From: Octopus sinensis
Lineage: Eukaryota
Length of the DNA stretch: 64,000 nt
Reading direction: 5' to 3'
Assembly: GCF_006345805.1 (NCBI RefSeq)
Contig: NC_043009.1
Location: 40,734,001-40,798,000 of the forward strand
The notes below the pieces were generated by a model. The model did no database searches and had not been told where the DNA came from. It saw only the letters and a list, made by a program, of their open reading frames with translations. Below are positions 1 to 13,010 of the stretch, one piece after another. A program made the translations under genes and the position numbers. Numbering within the stretch: the stretch's first letter is position 1; every line of letters starts with the position of its first letter.

Positions 1-438
1 GGATTTGAGCCTTCACTGCTTCTGTAAGTTAGCTAGATTTACTAGATACGAGACAGTCGAAAAGGTCTGTCACGTTTGATACAGAACCTCGTTGTGAACA
101 GTAAAAGCAGGACGCCGCTGTTGCTGTTTTATGATACCTTCTTCAGAAAAATAGTGCCTTATATTTTACAGCCTTTGCAAAATTGCATTAAACGCCATTT
201 TGTTACGCTTATAAATGAAGCAATGACGACTCAGGGTAAACTCCATAATAAAGTTTTGTATGAAAAATAAGTACTGCTGGCATGCCAGTAATTTCCGTTA
301 TAGAAAAACAGCTGACAATGCGTCTAATATTCAAATCAGTCTCCTTGATTTAGTTATAAGCGTAACAAGAGCAGAGTGAGACAATTAGGCGAGGCTGTTT
401 GAACTATGATGAACTGGTGCAGATGACTGTTAACAAAA

Positions 439-746
439 GACATTTTTTTCCAGGTAGCAAGTAAAGGATTACTGTACAAGAATCGCCCGAAAACCATTAA
501 TGAGCTAAAAGACGCAATCATAAGCTTCACACGGTTGATACCGCATCAGACTCTCCAAGATGTATTTCAAAACGTGTGTAGAAGAGTCGACTGTCGTATT
601 GAAAATAAAGGACGACACTTTCAACACCTCTTATAAAGTTCTTTAGTCTTGTAAAGTCTAAAATATTCTTTCGTAGTCTTATACCGTCTTATAAATATTT
701 ATTTTGCAATAAAATACTTACTATGGTGAGACTTTTTGACACGCTG
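439..746 (+). mobile_element. Tc1/mariner-superfamily transposase C-terminal remnant with 3' TIR
   Basis: 439-636 translates DIFFQVASKGLLYKNRPKTINELKDAIISFTRLIPHQTLQDVFQNVCRRVDCRIENKGRHFQHLL*, a typical Tc1-like C-terminus. The element ends ...GACACGCTG|TA at 746-748. Confidence 0.75.
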
Positions 747-1109
747 TATAAGTATGGATGCATATTCATGTGTATATCTATGTATATATGGATGTACGTA
801 TATATGTTTTTACAGCAAGATATTTACTGAGAATATTCACATCAAAACCCATTTAATACCGTTCAGAAATTGTCTTTGTTAAGCAAAACGTTGATATTTA
901 AATTCAAATTTTAGATTTAAATATCATTGTTTCATAAATGATTATTTATGATTTCAATATTTTAAATACTTTTGTCTCTAAATTTAATTAGTTAGTTTAC
1001 TAAGCGGCTCATAATTTTTGGTTATTTGATCAATTAAAACTCAAAGAAAGAATATATTCTTGTTAGAAATATTATCACAAAAGTTTTAAGAATATGAGTG
1101 AAGATGTAC

Positions 1110-1616
1110 ATCTTTCTTTCTTCCTTCCTTTCTGTCTGCGTTTTCTATCCTTTTCCTTCTTTCTTTCTTTCTTTTCCTACTTCTCCTCCTCCTCCTCCTT
1201 CATCATCATCATCATCATCATCATAATCATCATCATCATCACCATCATCTTCTTCTTCTTCTGCCTCTTCTTCTTCTTCTTCTTCTTCTTCTTCTTCTTC
1301 TTCTTCTTCTTCTTCTTCTTCCTTCTTCTTCTTCCTTCTTCTTCTTCTTTTCCCTCCTCCTCCTTCTTCTTCTTCTTTTCCCTCCTCCTCCTTATTCCTC
1401 TTCTTTTCCCTCCTCCTCCCCCTTTTCCTTCTTCCTTCTTCTCCTCCTGCTCCATTTTCCTTCGTCCTTCTCATCCTCCTACTCCTCTTCTTTCTTCCTC
1501 TTCTTTTTCCTTCTTCTTCTTACGTCTTCTCCTCCTCCTCCTCCTCGTTCTTCTTCTTCATCTTATTCTCCGTCTTCTGTTTCTTCTTCTTTTCCATTTT
1601 CATCGTCATCATGATT

Positions 1617-1650
<34 letters not shown>

Positions 1651-2105
1651 CATCATCATCATCATCTTCTTCTTCTGTTTCCTTCTCCTCCTTCTCCTCC
1701 TCCCTCTTCATGTTCTTCTCCGTCTTCCGTTCCTCCTCATCCTCCTCCTTCTTCTTCTTCCTTTTCTAATTTTTATTTTTTTTCATTCCTCCTTTTCTCT
1801 TCTTTTTCTTTCCTTCAATCTATTTTTTCTTTGTCCCTTTCTTCTTCATTTTCTCCGTATTCTTATTACTTTCTTCTCCTCCAACTCTCTTCTATTCTCC
1901 GTCCATTTCTTTTCCATATTCCTTCTCTTCTCTTCCATCTTTTTTTCTTCATCATCCATCCCTTTTTCGTCTTCTTCGTTATTGTCTCCTTCCCTCCTCC
2001 TCCCCCTCCCCTCCTCCTTCTCTTCTTCATCCCTTTCTTTCTACCTTCTTTTCCTCCTTCTCCTTCTCCTCTTCCTCCTTCTCTTTCGCTTTCCTCTTAT
2101 CATCA
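1110..2105. repeat. Compound pyrimidine-rich trinucleotide microsatellite (TTC/TCC/ATC)n
   Basis: Directly visible. It produces the spurious 352-aa ORF. Confidence 0.95.
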
Positions 2106-2236
2106 CTCCTTATTCACCGACGGAAGATCACTTGCGTGAAACATCGGAATAACGCTTTACGAAGATCTTACATATTTCAGTTAAAACTCAACGTACGTCT
2201 TTGCGTGAATATGCATGTGTGTTTGTGTACATTTGG

Positions 2237-2270
<34 letters not shown>

Positions 2271-2402
2271 ATTTGCATGTGTGTGTGTGTGTGTATGCTA
2301 AAGCCTTTTGTCGATGCAGAACGCTACTTGTTTTCTTTGGACTCAAAATCTTTATGGAATAAATCATTGACTCTACATAGTCCCTTGTTCTCTCTCTTAC
2401 GC

Positions 2403-2440
<38 letters not shown>

Positions 2441-2555
2441 AGAAGCATTCACACATACAAACACATAGGTAAATAATAATACAGTAGTAATAATAATAAT
2501 AATATAATAATAATAATAAAAATAATAATAATAATAATAGAAATAATAATTATAT

Positions 2556-2594
<39 letters not shown>

Positions 2595-2599
2595 ATATA

Positions 2600-2988
2600 G
2601 GAGGAGTGTTTGTGTGGTAAGTAGCTTGCTTACGAACCACATGGTTCGGGTTCAGTTCCACTGCATGGCACCTTGGGCAAGTGTCTTCTACTATAGCCTC
2701 GGGTCAACCAATGCCTTGGGAGTGAATTTGGTAGACGGAAACTGAAAGAAGCCCGTTGTATATATGTATTTATATATATTTATGTGTGTGTATGTGTTTG
2801 TGTGTGTTTGTCCTCCCAACATTGCTTGACAACTGATGCTGGTTGTGTTTACGTCCCCGTAACTTAGCGATTCGGCAAAAGATCCCGATAGAATAAATCC
2901 TGGGCTCGATTTGCTCGACTAAAGGCGGTGCTCCAGCATGGCCACAACCACATGACTGAAACAAGTTAAAGAGTAAAAGATAAAGAGT
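2600..2988 (+). mobile_element. SINE family A (tRNA-like head, CORE-like segment, internal TA/TG microsatellite)
   Basis: TGTGTGGTAAGTAGCTTGC...GGTTCAGTTCC...CCTTGGGCAAGTGTCTTC...TGACTGAAACAAG, shared with more than 10 copies in the window. Confidence 0.9.
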
Positions 2989-2990
2989 AT

Positions 2991-3035
<45 letters not shown>

Positions 3036-3138
3036 ATGAGGGTGATAAATTGAATATTAATTTAATTAACAATTTAAAACCAGTAGCATAGCATATAGAA
3101 GAATCTGAAAATCATCAGAAAAATTGCATGTAATACGC

Positions 3139-3170
<32 letters not shown>

Positions 3171-3175
3171 ATCTA

Positions 3176-3505
3176 TATATATAATATAATTCGAGACAAA
3201 ACCACTATTTTAAAACCAAACAAGGAAAGACTTAATCAATACATAAAATTTTAATATAAATATTTATTTAATTTATTATTTTATTTATTTATTTATTTTT
3301 TATTTTTTATTTATTTATTTATTTTATTATTTATTTTTATTTAATTTATATTAAAATTTTATGTATTGATTAAGTCTTTCCTTGTTTGGTTTTAAAATAG
3401 TGGTTTTGTCTCGAATTATATTATATAATATTTTACTATAAAATTGGATTTAACCCTAAATCTGATTTTTCCCTGTAATTTTGGATTCATTCCCTAATAT
3501 TTTTA
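3176..3505. mobile_element. Fold-back Penelope-like tail element between TA arrays
   Basis: Inverted arms ~3176-3261 and ~3344-3427. The termini (GAGACAAAACCACTAT; TTTTCCCTGTAA..TTTGGA..CCCTAATATT) recur at 59990-60253. Confidence 0.6.
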
Positions 3506-3567
3506 TATATATAATATATATAATATATGTAGATAGATAGATAGTTAATAGACACATGCATACTATA

Positions 3568-3614
<47 letters not shown>

Positions 3615-4332
3615 TACATACACGCACACACGAACATGCACACGTACACACACACATATGTATATGTACATACTATATGTGTGTGCGTATATGCGTTGCA
3701 TAGATATGACGTTCGTATAGAAAAACAGGAAACCGAAATCGCAAAATTACGATGAATATTTTAGAGGCCAAACAAACTGTTTAGTTCTTGAAACCAAACT
3801 TAATTAGCTGTTTACCTAGATTAAGTGACATAAACATATATCACCGTTTACTATCCTAATTATTTCTCTCTGCAAAACTTGTTTTCATCTCCCTTCTCGT
3901 CTTCTACTTTTCCTTTTCCTTGTTTGTTCTTCTATTCCTTTATTTACTTATTTTTATCGTTTTCATTCTTCCTTCGCTACTCTCCTTATCAACACATATC
4001 TCTCGTTCTTGCTTTTTTCCAGTTTCCTTTTTTCGTATATCAATCTCATGTGACTCCTCCATTCAGCTGCTTTCGTTTTTTTTCAGCAACAACATTTATT
4101 ATACATGTCACATGTGTTTTTGTTAACGGGCTGCTTTTTATATAATTTACAACTAGTTATAACTCTTTATAATAATTTGCCAATTAATTTAAGACGAATA
4201 ACAAACATCTCGCAATGATTCATTTACATATAAGGAACTGCAAAGAAATATTTGGTGACAAAAAAAAAAAAATTATGCTTCCTATCATGCCAAAACACTA
4301 TTGTCATTCTCACCAGTTAAGCCTTGTAGATA

Positions 4333-4578
4333 ATCATCATCATCATCATCATCACCATCACCACCATCATCATCATCATCATCATTATCATCATCATTAC
4401 CATCATCATCATCATCACCATCCTCCTCCTCCTCCTCCTCCTCATCATCATCATCATCATCATCTTCATCATCATCTTCATCATCATTATCATCATCATT
4501 ACCATCATCATCACCATCATCATCATCATCACCATCATCATCACCATCACCATCACCACCCTCATCATCATCATCATT

Positions 4579-4609
<31 letters not shown>

Positions 4610-4637
4610 CCATCATAATCACCATCACCATCATCAC

Positions 4638-4671
<34 letters not shown>

Positions 4672-4817
4672 TTCATCATCATTATAATCATCATCACCAT
4701 CATCATCACCATCACCATCATCACCATCATCATCACCATCACCATCATCACCATCATAATCACCATCACCATCCTCCTCTTCATCATCATCATCATCATC
4801 ATCAACAACAACAACAA
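4333..4817. repeat. (CAT/CAC)n microsatellite
   Basis: Directly visible. It is the source of the poly-His and poly-Met ORFs. Confidence 0.95.
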
Positions 4818-4849
4818 CGTTGCTTTTCTTTTAACTCAGATTTTGTTGG

Positions 4850-5330
4850 AACTCCTGGAGTCTTGCATGCGTAGCAGGGCTTGTTACCGGTGACCTATGG
4901 TACCATGTTATCAGTTCCTTTTAACTATCAAATACTTTCCTGATGATCCTGGCTGTACCAAGGAGGACAAACATTTTGTAACCGTTCTATTGGGCACTCT
5001 ATTCCCATTTTGCTTTATATCCCATTTGAATTTTTTTTATACTATCCCCAAGGGCCCAACAGTAATTGGCATTATGTTCACCTACATTTTCCACAGTCGA
5101 GCTATTTCGTGTTTATGAGGCTTGTATTTTCACCTTCTTTCTTGACTATTCGTGGGTCAAATGGACACGCAACATCAATTACAGAGCACATGTGGTTCAC
5201 CTTGTCCACCACCACCACTAGTGCCAGCTTATTGTGCTCAGTCAACTGGTTTGTTTCGATTGTGAAAACCCACAAGATTTTGCAGGTCTCCGAATTCGTC
5301 ATTCTTTGTGGTTTGTTCTCATACTACGTC
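4850..5330 (-). mobile_element. R4/Dong-clade LINE remnant, restriction-like endonuclease (RLE) region
   Basis: CKILWVFTIETNQLTEHNKLALVVVVDKVNHMCSVIDVACPFDPRIVKKE matches the KILWDF..HNRPDIVVVDK..IDVACPFD RLE signature, in decayed form. The 3' end abuts a trinucleotide array. Confidence 0.85.
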
Positions 5331-5717
5331 TCGCCTCTCTCTAGCCCCTCTCTCTAGACTTTTCGATACCATATGACAAAGGCAAGAAATTCTGTCTTCT
5401 CTGCAATTCTGAGCTATTTTTCATTATTTTTTCTAAAAATACTCTAGTAAACACGGTTATAGAGCGAGCATACATATGTAAGCATTGGCAAAAACACATT
5501 TAGTGCATATAAGTAGTCTCTATCATTATATATAATTTAAACTTTAATTTCCTTTATATTTAACATTCACTATTAATATCCCTACTCTTTCTGTTAGCTA
5601 CTTATGACGTTATATCATATAACGTTTTTTTAAACAATATTAATAGCGTTCTGTCTATCGCTATACAAATCCATCATTTTTTGCTAAAATGTCGTATTGA
5701 CGAGTTTCGTTTTTTTC

Positions 5718-5801
5718 ACTTTCCCGAAGAGAAGATTGCATTGTTTATACCATTTATTCTTTTGAATTGTCAGTGGAATTTTCGAAACATGTGTCGAAAG
5801 T
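5718..5801 (+). ncRNA. Type I hammerhead ribozyme, one core substitution (U4>C)
   Basis: Stem I ACTTTC(5718-23)/GAAAGT(5796-801). Core CCGAAGA 5724-30. Stem II GAAGATT..CATTG/CAGTG..AATTTTC. GAAA 5784-87. Near-palindromic stem III CATGTG. UH = TC 5794-95. Confidence 0.75.
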
Positions 5802-6139
5802 AAAATATTTGTTTACACCTGCGTTAACTCCATTTTTATTCATATTATTCAAATATTCACGTAAACACGAAGTTTCTACCTTTATAAACAAGGAGTTACA
5901 ACATCTTTACTTGTGAGATTTTTGCTGCCCTGGTAACTATTTATTTATTTATCCGTGTTAATTGTTAACAAGGTAAAAATACACTCATCTATTTATATAT
6001 ATATATATATATACAAATTATAAAAATAAAAAATAATACAGTACAGTATTGTTTCTACTTCGCGGATTTTCACCCGTCGCGGGGTGTTTTGTAACGTAGC
6101 ACCCACAATAGTCGAGGGATTACTGTACCGCAGCGGGTT

Positions 6140-6490
6140 CCTAAGTTCGATATGCACGCAGTCTTCCACACTTATCAGTTCGCTTCCTCCAGTTTTTCTT
6201 TTCATGTATAGGCGATCTGTGTCCTCACGCGGATGATGGACCCTATGCATTTTTAAGGGCTTTCTTGTCTTCCTGTACAACACCTTAAGCTCATCCGCTG
6301 TCCACTTCAGAATTCTAGCGCCAAACCGAACCACTGCGACTGCGCGAGAGATTATTGCCGAAATTATGTTTCTGGCGTTCAAACTTTGAATTCAATATTT
6401 TTCTCATTTGCAAACGATAAACTCTTTGTCTTTTCTTTCATATGCTTAATTCCATTTCTTCAAGTATCCTCATGTATTTGTATCCGGATT
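6140..6490 (-). mobile_element. R4/Dong-clade LINE remnant, RT thumb region (same element as 4850-5330)
   Basis: NARNIISAIISRAVAVVRFGARILKWTADELKVLYRKTRK..HHPREDTDRLYMKRKTGGSELISVEDC matches the R4/Dong W..EL..DRKTRK..HHP..D.DRLY..R..GGRGL motif. Confidence 0.85.
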
Positions 6491-6496
6491 CAGGTT

Positions 6497-6812
<316 letters not shown>

Positions 6813-6834
6813 TATTATTATTATTATAATAATA

Positions 6835-6879
<45 letters not shown>

Positions 6880-7012
6880 TAACTGAATAGATAAAAGATA
6901 TGCACTTTACTCTTTGGACAAGCCTGTACAGAGGCTGTGATTAGATTCTAAGCCTGAAGTAGGGTTAAACCGGAAGACAAATTTAAGTCAACCACTCATG
7001 TATGTGTGTGTG

Positions 7013-7084
<72 letters not shown>

Positions 7085-7325
7085 TAGGCATGTATTTTAA
7101 TTACTAAAACCTGCAGAAAATATAATAACTATTTTAAGCTTTTTAAAACATATACGTATATGAGTAAATCTGCCAACAAAGTTATATAAGCATTAGGTCA
7201 ATCTGCATTATTTTGTCCACTAACTGCGTCAGGGTTCTCTGCATATATTTATGTATGTATGCATGTATGTATGTATGTATGTATTCATCTGTCTATCTAT
7301 TTATCTATTCTTCTCTCTCTCTCTG

Positions 7326-7365
<40 letters not shown>

Positions 7366-7421
7366 TATATTTATAGATTATGTATAGAGAGAGAAGAGAG
7401 AGGAGAGAGAGAGAGAGAGAA

Positions 7422-7894
7422 AAGTAAAGAGTGAAAAAACCACAGAAGGCTTAAATGTTAAAAAATATATATATTTGCGTCAATATGCCTGAAGAATATT
7501 AGAAAATTTTAAAAAAATTTGTTTCTCTTATAATGACATAATTTAAAAGAAAGACCGGTTTCGCGTGTAGCTTTTCAAATTTCTTGTGACGTTATGTTTA
7601 TGTTGAATAGAGTTATCGTTATGTTTATGTTCAGGAGAGTTCTAAATAAGGGAAGGTAGTCTTCCCTTATTTAGAACTCTCCTGAACATAAACATAACGA
7701 TAACTCTATTCAACATAAACATAACGTCACAAGAAATTTGAAAAGCTACACGCGAAACCGGTCTTTCTTTTAAATTATGTCATTATAAGAGAAACAAATT
7801 TTTTTTAAATTTTCTAATATTCTTCAGACATATTGACGCAAATATATATATTTTTTAACATTTAAGCCTTCTGTAGTTTTTTCACTCTTTACTT
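7422..7894. repeat. Near-perfect 473-bp palindrome (arms ~234 bp, 5-nt spacer) carrying a hammerhead 3' half
   Basis: Arms 7422-7655 and 7661-7894 with spacer GTAGT. GAAA-CCGG-TC at 7754-7763, mirrored at ~7553-7562. Confidence 0.9.
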
Positions 7895-8018
7895 GTTTCT
7901 ATATATTCACCACGTGCTTTCACAAACCAACTTTATATATATATATATACATGCATACATGATGTATATACATATATGCATATACATACATACATACATA
8001 CATACATACATACATACA

Positions 8019-8053
<35 letters not shown>

Positions 8054-9150
8054 GAATGCGTGTGTGTGTGTTTGTGTGTGCCTGTGTGTGAGCGTGCGTG
8101 CGTGCGTGCGTGCGTGCGTACGTGCGTGCGTGTATGCGTACGTGTTGCAAGTAATTATAATACTTTGATCCAGAGTTCTGAAGGCCCCAGGCTGGAAACC
8201 GCTGCACTAGGATATTCGATTTTGTTTTTAGTGTCCCATTATGACCATGGCTATGACCGTAACCAATGTACATAGCTTTTACTGGGTCATTTCACTAACT
8301 GTAAATAAGTACCACAAGCGTTACAGTTTGGCAGAATCGTTAGCACGTCCTTGACTGATAAAATTCATTCTGACTACTAGTGTCCCAAGTTCGAATTCCC
8401 CGAGGTAACTTGACTCTTTTATCCTTTTTAGATCGATAAAATGTACCATTCCTGGGCAGTAGATTAGTAGAACGGTAAGAATCTTGACTCGGACGCTTTG
8501 TCGTATGTGTTCAGGCTCTTTGTGTTCTGATTTCAAATCTTGCCAAGGCTTACATGGGTAGTAGACTTAATCTGCTGTTTGGTTCAATTCCACCATCTGG
8601 CAATTTGAGTGTCCTTAACAGAGTCCAATCTGGTAATCATTCATGCCATATCTTCAATTTGAAGATACCTTTTCTTTATTCTTCCTACCAGTTTCAGAGG
8701 CCCTATAAAAGGTTTTGAGTACAGCCTTGCCACCTGAGTAACAGGAAAAAGGAATACCGAACATTTACGTTAAGTTGTAGGGCCTGGCAATATCAATGAA
8801 ACGCTGCCACTATGTCCATATTCAGACCACATTTTGCAATCACCATGGACAGCCTTGAAAGGGGATCCTAATATAAGCTCTGATCACAGAATGCTTAGGA
8901 GGTTTATAAGTTTAGCTAACATACACAGACATCATCCACCAATGAAGAATTTTTTTCTTTCTGAGATAACCAGAAATTCCAAGAGAGTATTCAATAACTG
9001 TCTTACTGACCAACAGACCTACCATTTTGATAAGCAGAACTATATGTGATACAAAAATCACTTAATTTGAATTTATCGTTTATTCAGATAAACTTGCTTA
9101 AATCCAGATTCAAGTTCGTATATATAACACCACAACACATCTATATATAT

Positions 9151-9223
<73 letters not shown>

Positions 9224-9258
9224 TTGTATTTGTATGTATGTGTATGTATGCGTGAATG

Positions 9259-9294
<36 letters not shown>

Positions 9295-9905
9295 ATGTAT
9301 GTATGTATGTATAACTAATGTACTTATACAAAACGACTATTTACTTTGGCTTACATACACACAGACATGCAGACGTTTATCTCTTCAAAGTGACATATTT
9401 AATTTAAAGCATATTTAATGTAAATATACAGAGCATGTAAGAATGTAATCATGGCTTAAACACACAAACACGCACACACACACTGACACACATACACACA
9501 CACACGCACACACACACACACATACACACACATACACCCATACAGTCACACACACACACATATAGATCTTCGTAATATATATATACATATGCTTACGTAC
9601 ATACATGCATAACCATATAAATCTCAGGAATCGCATATATTTCAGTTTATTTGATAAAATTCTGTAGAAATCTGTGTGTTTATAAGGGCTATATATAGTT
9701 GTTTTCTCTCTGTTTACAGGACTATAATGTACAAGATAGAATCTTTGATTTTAAATATGAAGCAAATAGAAAATGAGAAAAATAATATATTTTTCTTTTA
9801 AAAAATACCGTTATATATACATAATGTATTTTCAGATTATAGTAACGTGTCTGCAGACAAATATAAATGTATATTCGTATATACGTATATATTATGCAAG
9901 CACAA

Positions 9906-9963
<58 letters not shown>

Positions 9964-10096
9964 CATACATATATATATAGAAATTATAATTTAGGGTATC
10001 TGAGATATCTCCACGCTGGAAATAGCAGTCAAAACTCCAACGTTGTATGTATGTATGTATATATCTATGTATATATATATATTATATATATATATC

Positions 10097-10127
<31 letters not shown>

Positions 10128-11368
10128 ATAAGATCGGTAACTTAATTATCGATCTTATCAAGTGGCCAGCATAGGAATAAAAACCTTCAACAGTAATAAT
10201 TATTATTAAATTCATGATTTAGGGTATCTAAGAGATACATACATAGATACATACATGCATGCATGCATACATACATACATACATACATACATACATACAT
10301 ACATACATACATACATACTATGTTTCGCCGAAAGGCCATTTCCAACTCACACTTTTAATTTTCCTTCCTTTATTCTGAGTTGCGAGATCATGTTCCTCTT
10401 ATCACCTTTTAACACAAAGTATGTGTGTGTGCGCGCACAAAGTCGTTCTGATATCCACTGTCGTGAATTTCAGATTTCAGTTCCAACCACTTTGCATCGT
10501 TTAAATGTTGGTGATCCTGGTTAAAAGTTTCCCTCGTTGATGATCTGTTGATTAATCATCTTACTGCACGCTTGTTTATTTGGTAAACCTGATGAGTTGA
10601 GAGTGTCACAACGATTTTTTCAGAATCTTATGGATGTTGTGCATACTGCATACCTGACTGTACTACGCATACGTAACAATAAAGAATCTAAGTAAAACAA
10701 TTACAGCAGCACTAGATAACCTATTCGTCTATCTTTATGAGATAGATGGATGGGCAGACAGCCAGCCAACCAGATAGACAGAGAGGCAGGCAGACAGACA
10801 AACAGATAGTTAGATAGATACATAGATAGATAGAATTTAATTCTTATGAACACCTATATTCAAACTGTTGACCGTTCTAGTCCAAGCACAGCTGATAATA
10901 CGAAGCAATGAAATTGCAAATACTTAGAAACATTTTGTTCAGTATTTGTGCAGATTCTCGTCTAATGGGTGTCCTCAGTTGGTCGACTGTTGCCGGTTTT
11001 GTACTGTAAAATTTATCTTTTAAGTATCATTGCATAAAAAAAAGTCAAGTGGTGTGAGATCCGGTGAAAGCAGAAAGTATTCTACTAAACCTTTTTCTCC
11101 AGTCCACAAGTTTGGTAATATCTCATCAACGAAGGCCCTTACATTACTATGGTAGAGTCTGCAAGCCCAAAATTATTGGAAATAGAGCTCCACAACTTCT
11201 TGAATGCATAGCATGGCAGATTATGATTACAATTTCAAGTAAAGAAGACTTGTCATAGAACGGTTGTAAATTAATGGTTCAATTAAAACTTTTTTTATGT
11301 TAGGCCGCACCATAATGATAAATTAATATTCTGTTCCTCCATAATAAATGTTTTCTAAGATCCACGGA

Positions 11369-11927
11369 GAGGCGCGTGGCTTAGTGGTTAGGGTGTCAGC
11401 ATCACGATCGTAAGATTGTGGTTTCGATTCCTGGACCGGGCGACGCGCTGTGTTCTTGAACAAAACACTTCATTCCACGTTGTTCCAGTCCACTCAGCTG
11501 GCAAAAATGAGTAACGCTGCGATGGACTGGCGTCCCATCGATCCTGGGAACACATACGCCATGAAAACCAGGAAACCGGGCCCATGAGCCTGGCTAGGCT
11601 TTAAAAGGGCGCAGTGGAGGCGCAATGGCCCAGTGGTTAGGGCAGCGGACTCGCGGACGGATGATCGCAGTTTCGATTCCCAGACCGGGCATTGTGTGTG
11701 TTTATTGAGCGAAAACACTTAAAGCTCCACGAAGCTCCGGCAGGGTGTGGTAGTGACCCCTGTTGTACTCTTTCGCCCCAACTTTCTCTCACTCTCTCTT
11801 CCTGTTTCTTGGGTAACGCTGCGATGGACTGGAGTCCCGTCCAGCTGAGGGGAACACATATGCTATAGAAACCGGGAAACCGGGCCCATGAGCCTGGCTA
11901 GGCTTGAAAAGGGAGCATAAATAAATA
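11369..11927 (+). mobile_element. Heterodimeric SINE: family D copy (to ~11612) plus family C copy (from ~11615), both with a V-like tail
   Basis: Two tRNA-like heads (TGGCTTAGTGG, TGGCCCAGTGG), and both tails contain GCGATGGACTGG.GTCCC. A single TSD ATCCACGGA lies at 11360-68 and 11928-36. Confidence 0.85.
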
Positions 11928-12534
11928 ATCCACGGAAGGTGGGATTACGGCGGTTAATTGAACAATTTAATCTAAATGTAATTTTATCTCTCCAAGCAAT
12001 CTTTATTGGAAAGTATGTATTTTCTATACATCTTGCCGAGTACCACTCACAAAGCCTCACTCTTCAGTCCGAATAATCTCCGTTCAGAGGGAGGACTATT
12101 TAAAGAATGCTACTTTCCTAATGACAGCACAGCAAAATACGATGGACGTCTAATTTTGAAATTTCTTTCTCGTGACTTACTTGCACATATTTTCTTGAAC
12201 TCTAGCAATGCGTTTCTAATACACTTACATGCTTTGTGGGGTTTTACGATGCCCACATTCTTCCGGAATGTATCTTGTGAACATTGTGAACAGTTCGCCC
12301 GCTTCAAAGTTACTCGCATCTCCAATTCAAGTGATAATAAGTGATATACATACATACATACATACATACATACATACATACATACATACATACATACATA
12401 CATACATGCATACATAGACACACACTAGTCAGACAAAATATACTGTTTCGCCGGAAGGCCATTTCCAACTCACACTTTTAATTTTCCTTCCTTTATTCTG
12501 AGTTGCGAGATCATGTAGGTGGGTTTGTTAGAAA

Positions 12535-12724
12535 CTTCCTCCTTAACTCTTTCTGCACTTTGACTACGTTTTAAAACTTCCAATAACATTTAGAATAAAT
12601 TTCCTTTGTTCTAAGCTTAGTCTGGCTCTTATCATTATTTCTAATGAGTTAACTTCAAAAAGAAATGAAAGTTTAAAGGTGTATAGCTGATGTAGTGTGT
12701 ATGTATTTTGGTGAGGACACCCTG
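12535..12724 (-). mobile_element. Tc1/mariner 5' end (TIR plus N-terminal HTH remnant)
   Basis: TA|CAGGGTGTCC terminus at 12726-12715, followed by MIRARLSLEQRKFIL..YWKF, a DUF4817-like start with a frameshift. Confidence 0.7.
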
Positions 12725-12789
12725 TATATATAATGCAAGCATACAAACAACACACATACACACGCACATGTATATATATATATATATAT

Positions 12790-12808
12790 ACATAGTTAAA
12801 TAAATATG

Positions 12809-12844
<36 letters not shown>

Positions 12845-12874
12845 GTGTATATATATATAGTTAAATAAATATGG

Positions 12875-12927
<53 letters not shown>

Positions 12928-12941
12928 GTTAAATAAATATG

Positions 12942-12991
<50 letters not shown>

Positions 12992-13010
12992 GTTAAATAA
13001 ATATGTATAT
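12790..13010. repeat. Minisatellite of four ATAGTTAAATAAATATG-(TA)n-(TG)n units
   Basis: The unit is visible at ~12792, 12857, 12925 and 12989. Confidence 0.85.

Noticed and set aside
1094-2152. 352-aa ORF
   Set aside because: Pure trinucleotide low-complexity sequence that is stop-free by composition.
4215-4874. Poly-His ORF of 219 aa
   Set aside because: (CAT)n microsatellite with no splice or domain context.
10589-10620. CTGATGA-GTTG..CAAC hammerhead-like start
   Set aside because: Followed by GATTTT rather than GAAA, and there is no stem I or III.
11950-12340. Coding-like Cys-containing stretch on the minus strand
   Set aside because: No motif I can assign. Probably a TE relic.
12790-13010. 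Repeat-spacer-like array resembling CRISPR
   Set aside because: The spacers are TA/TG microsatellite, the context is eukaryotic and there are no cas genes.
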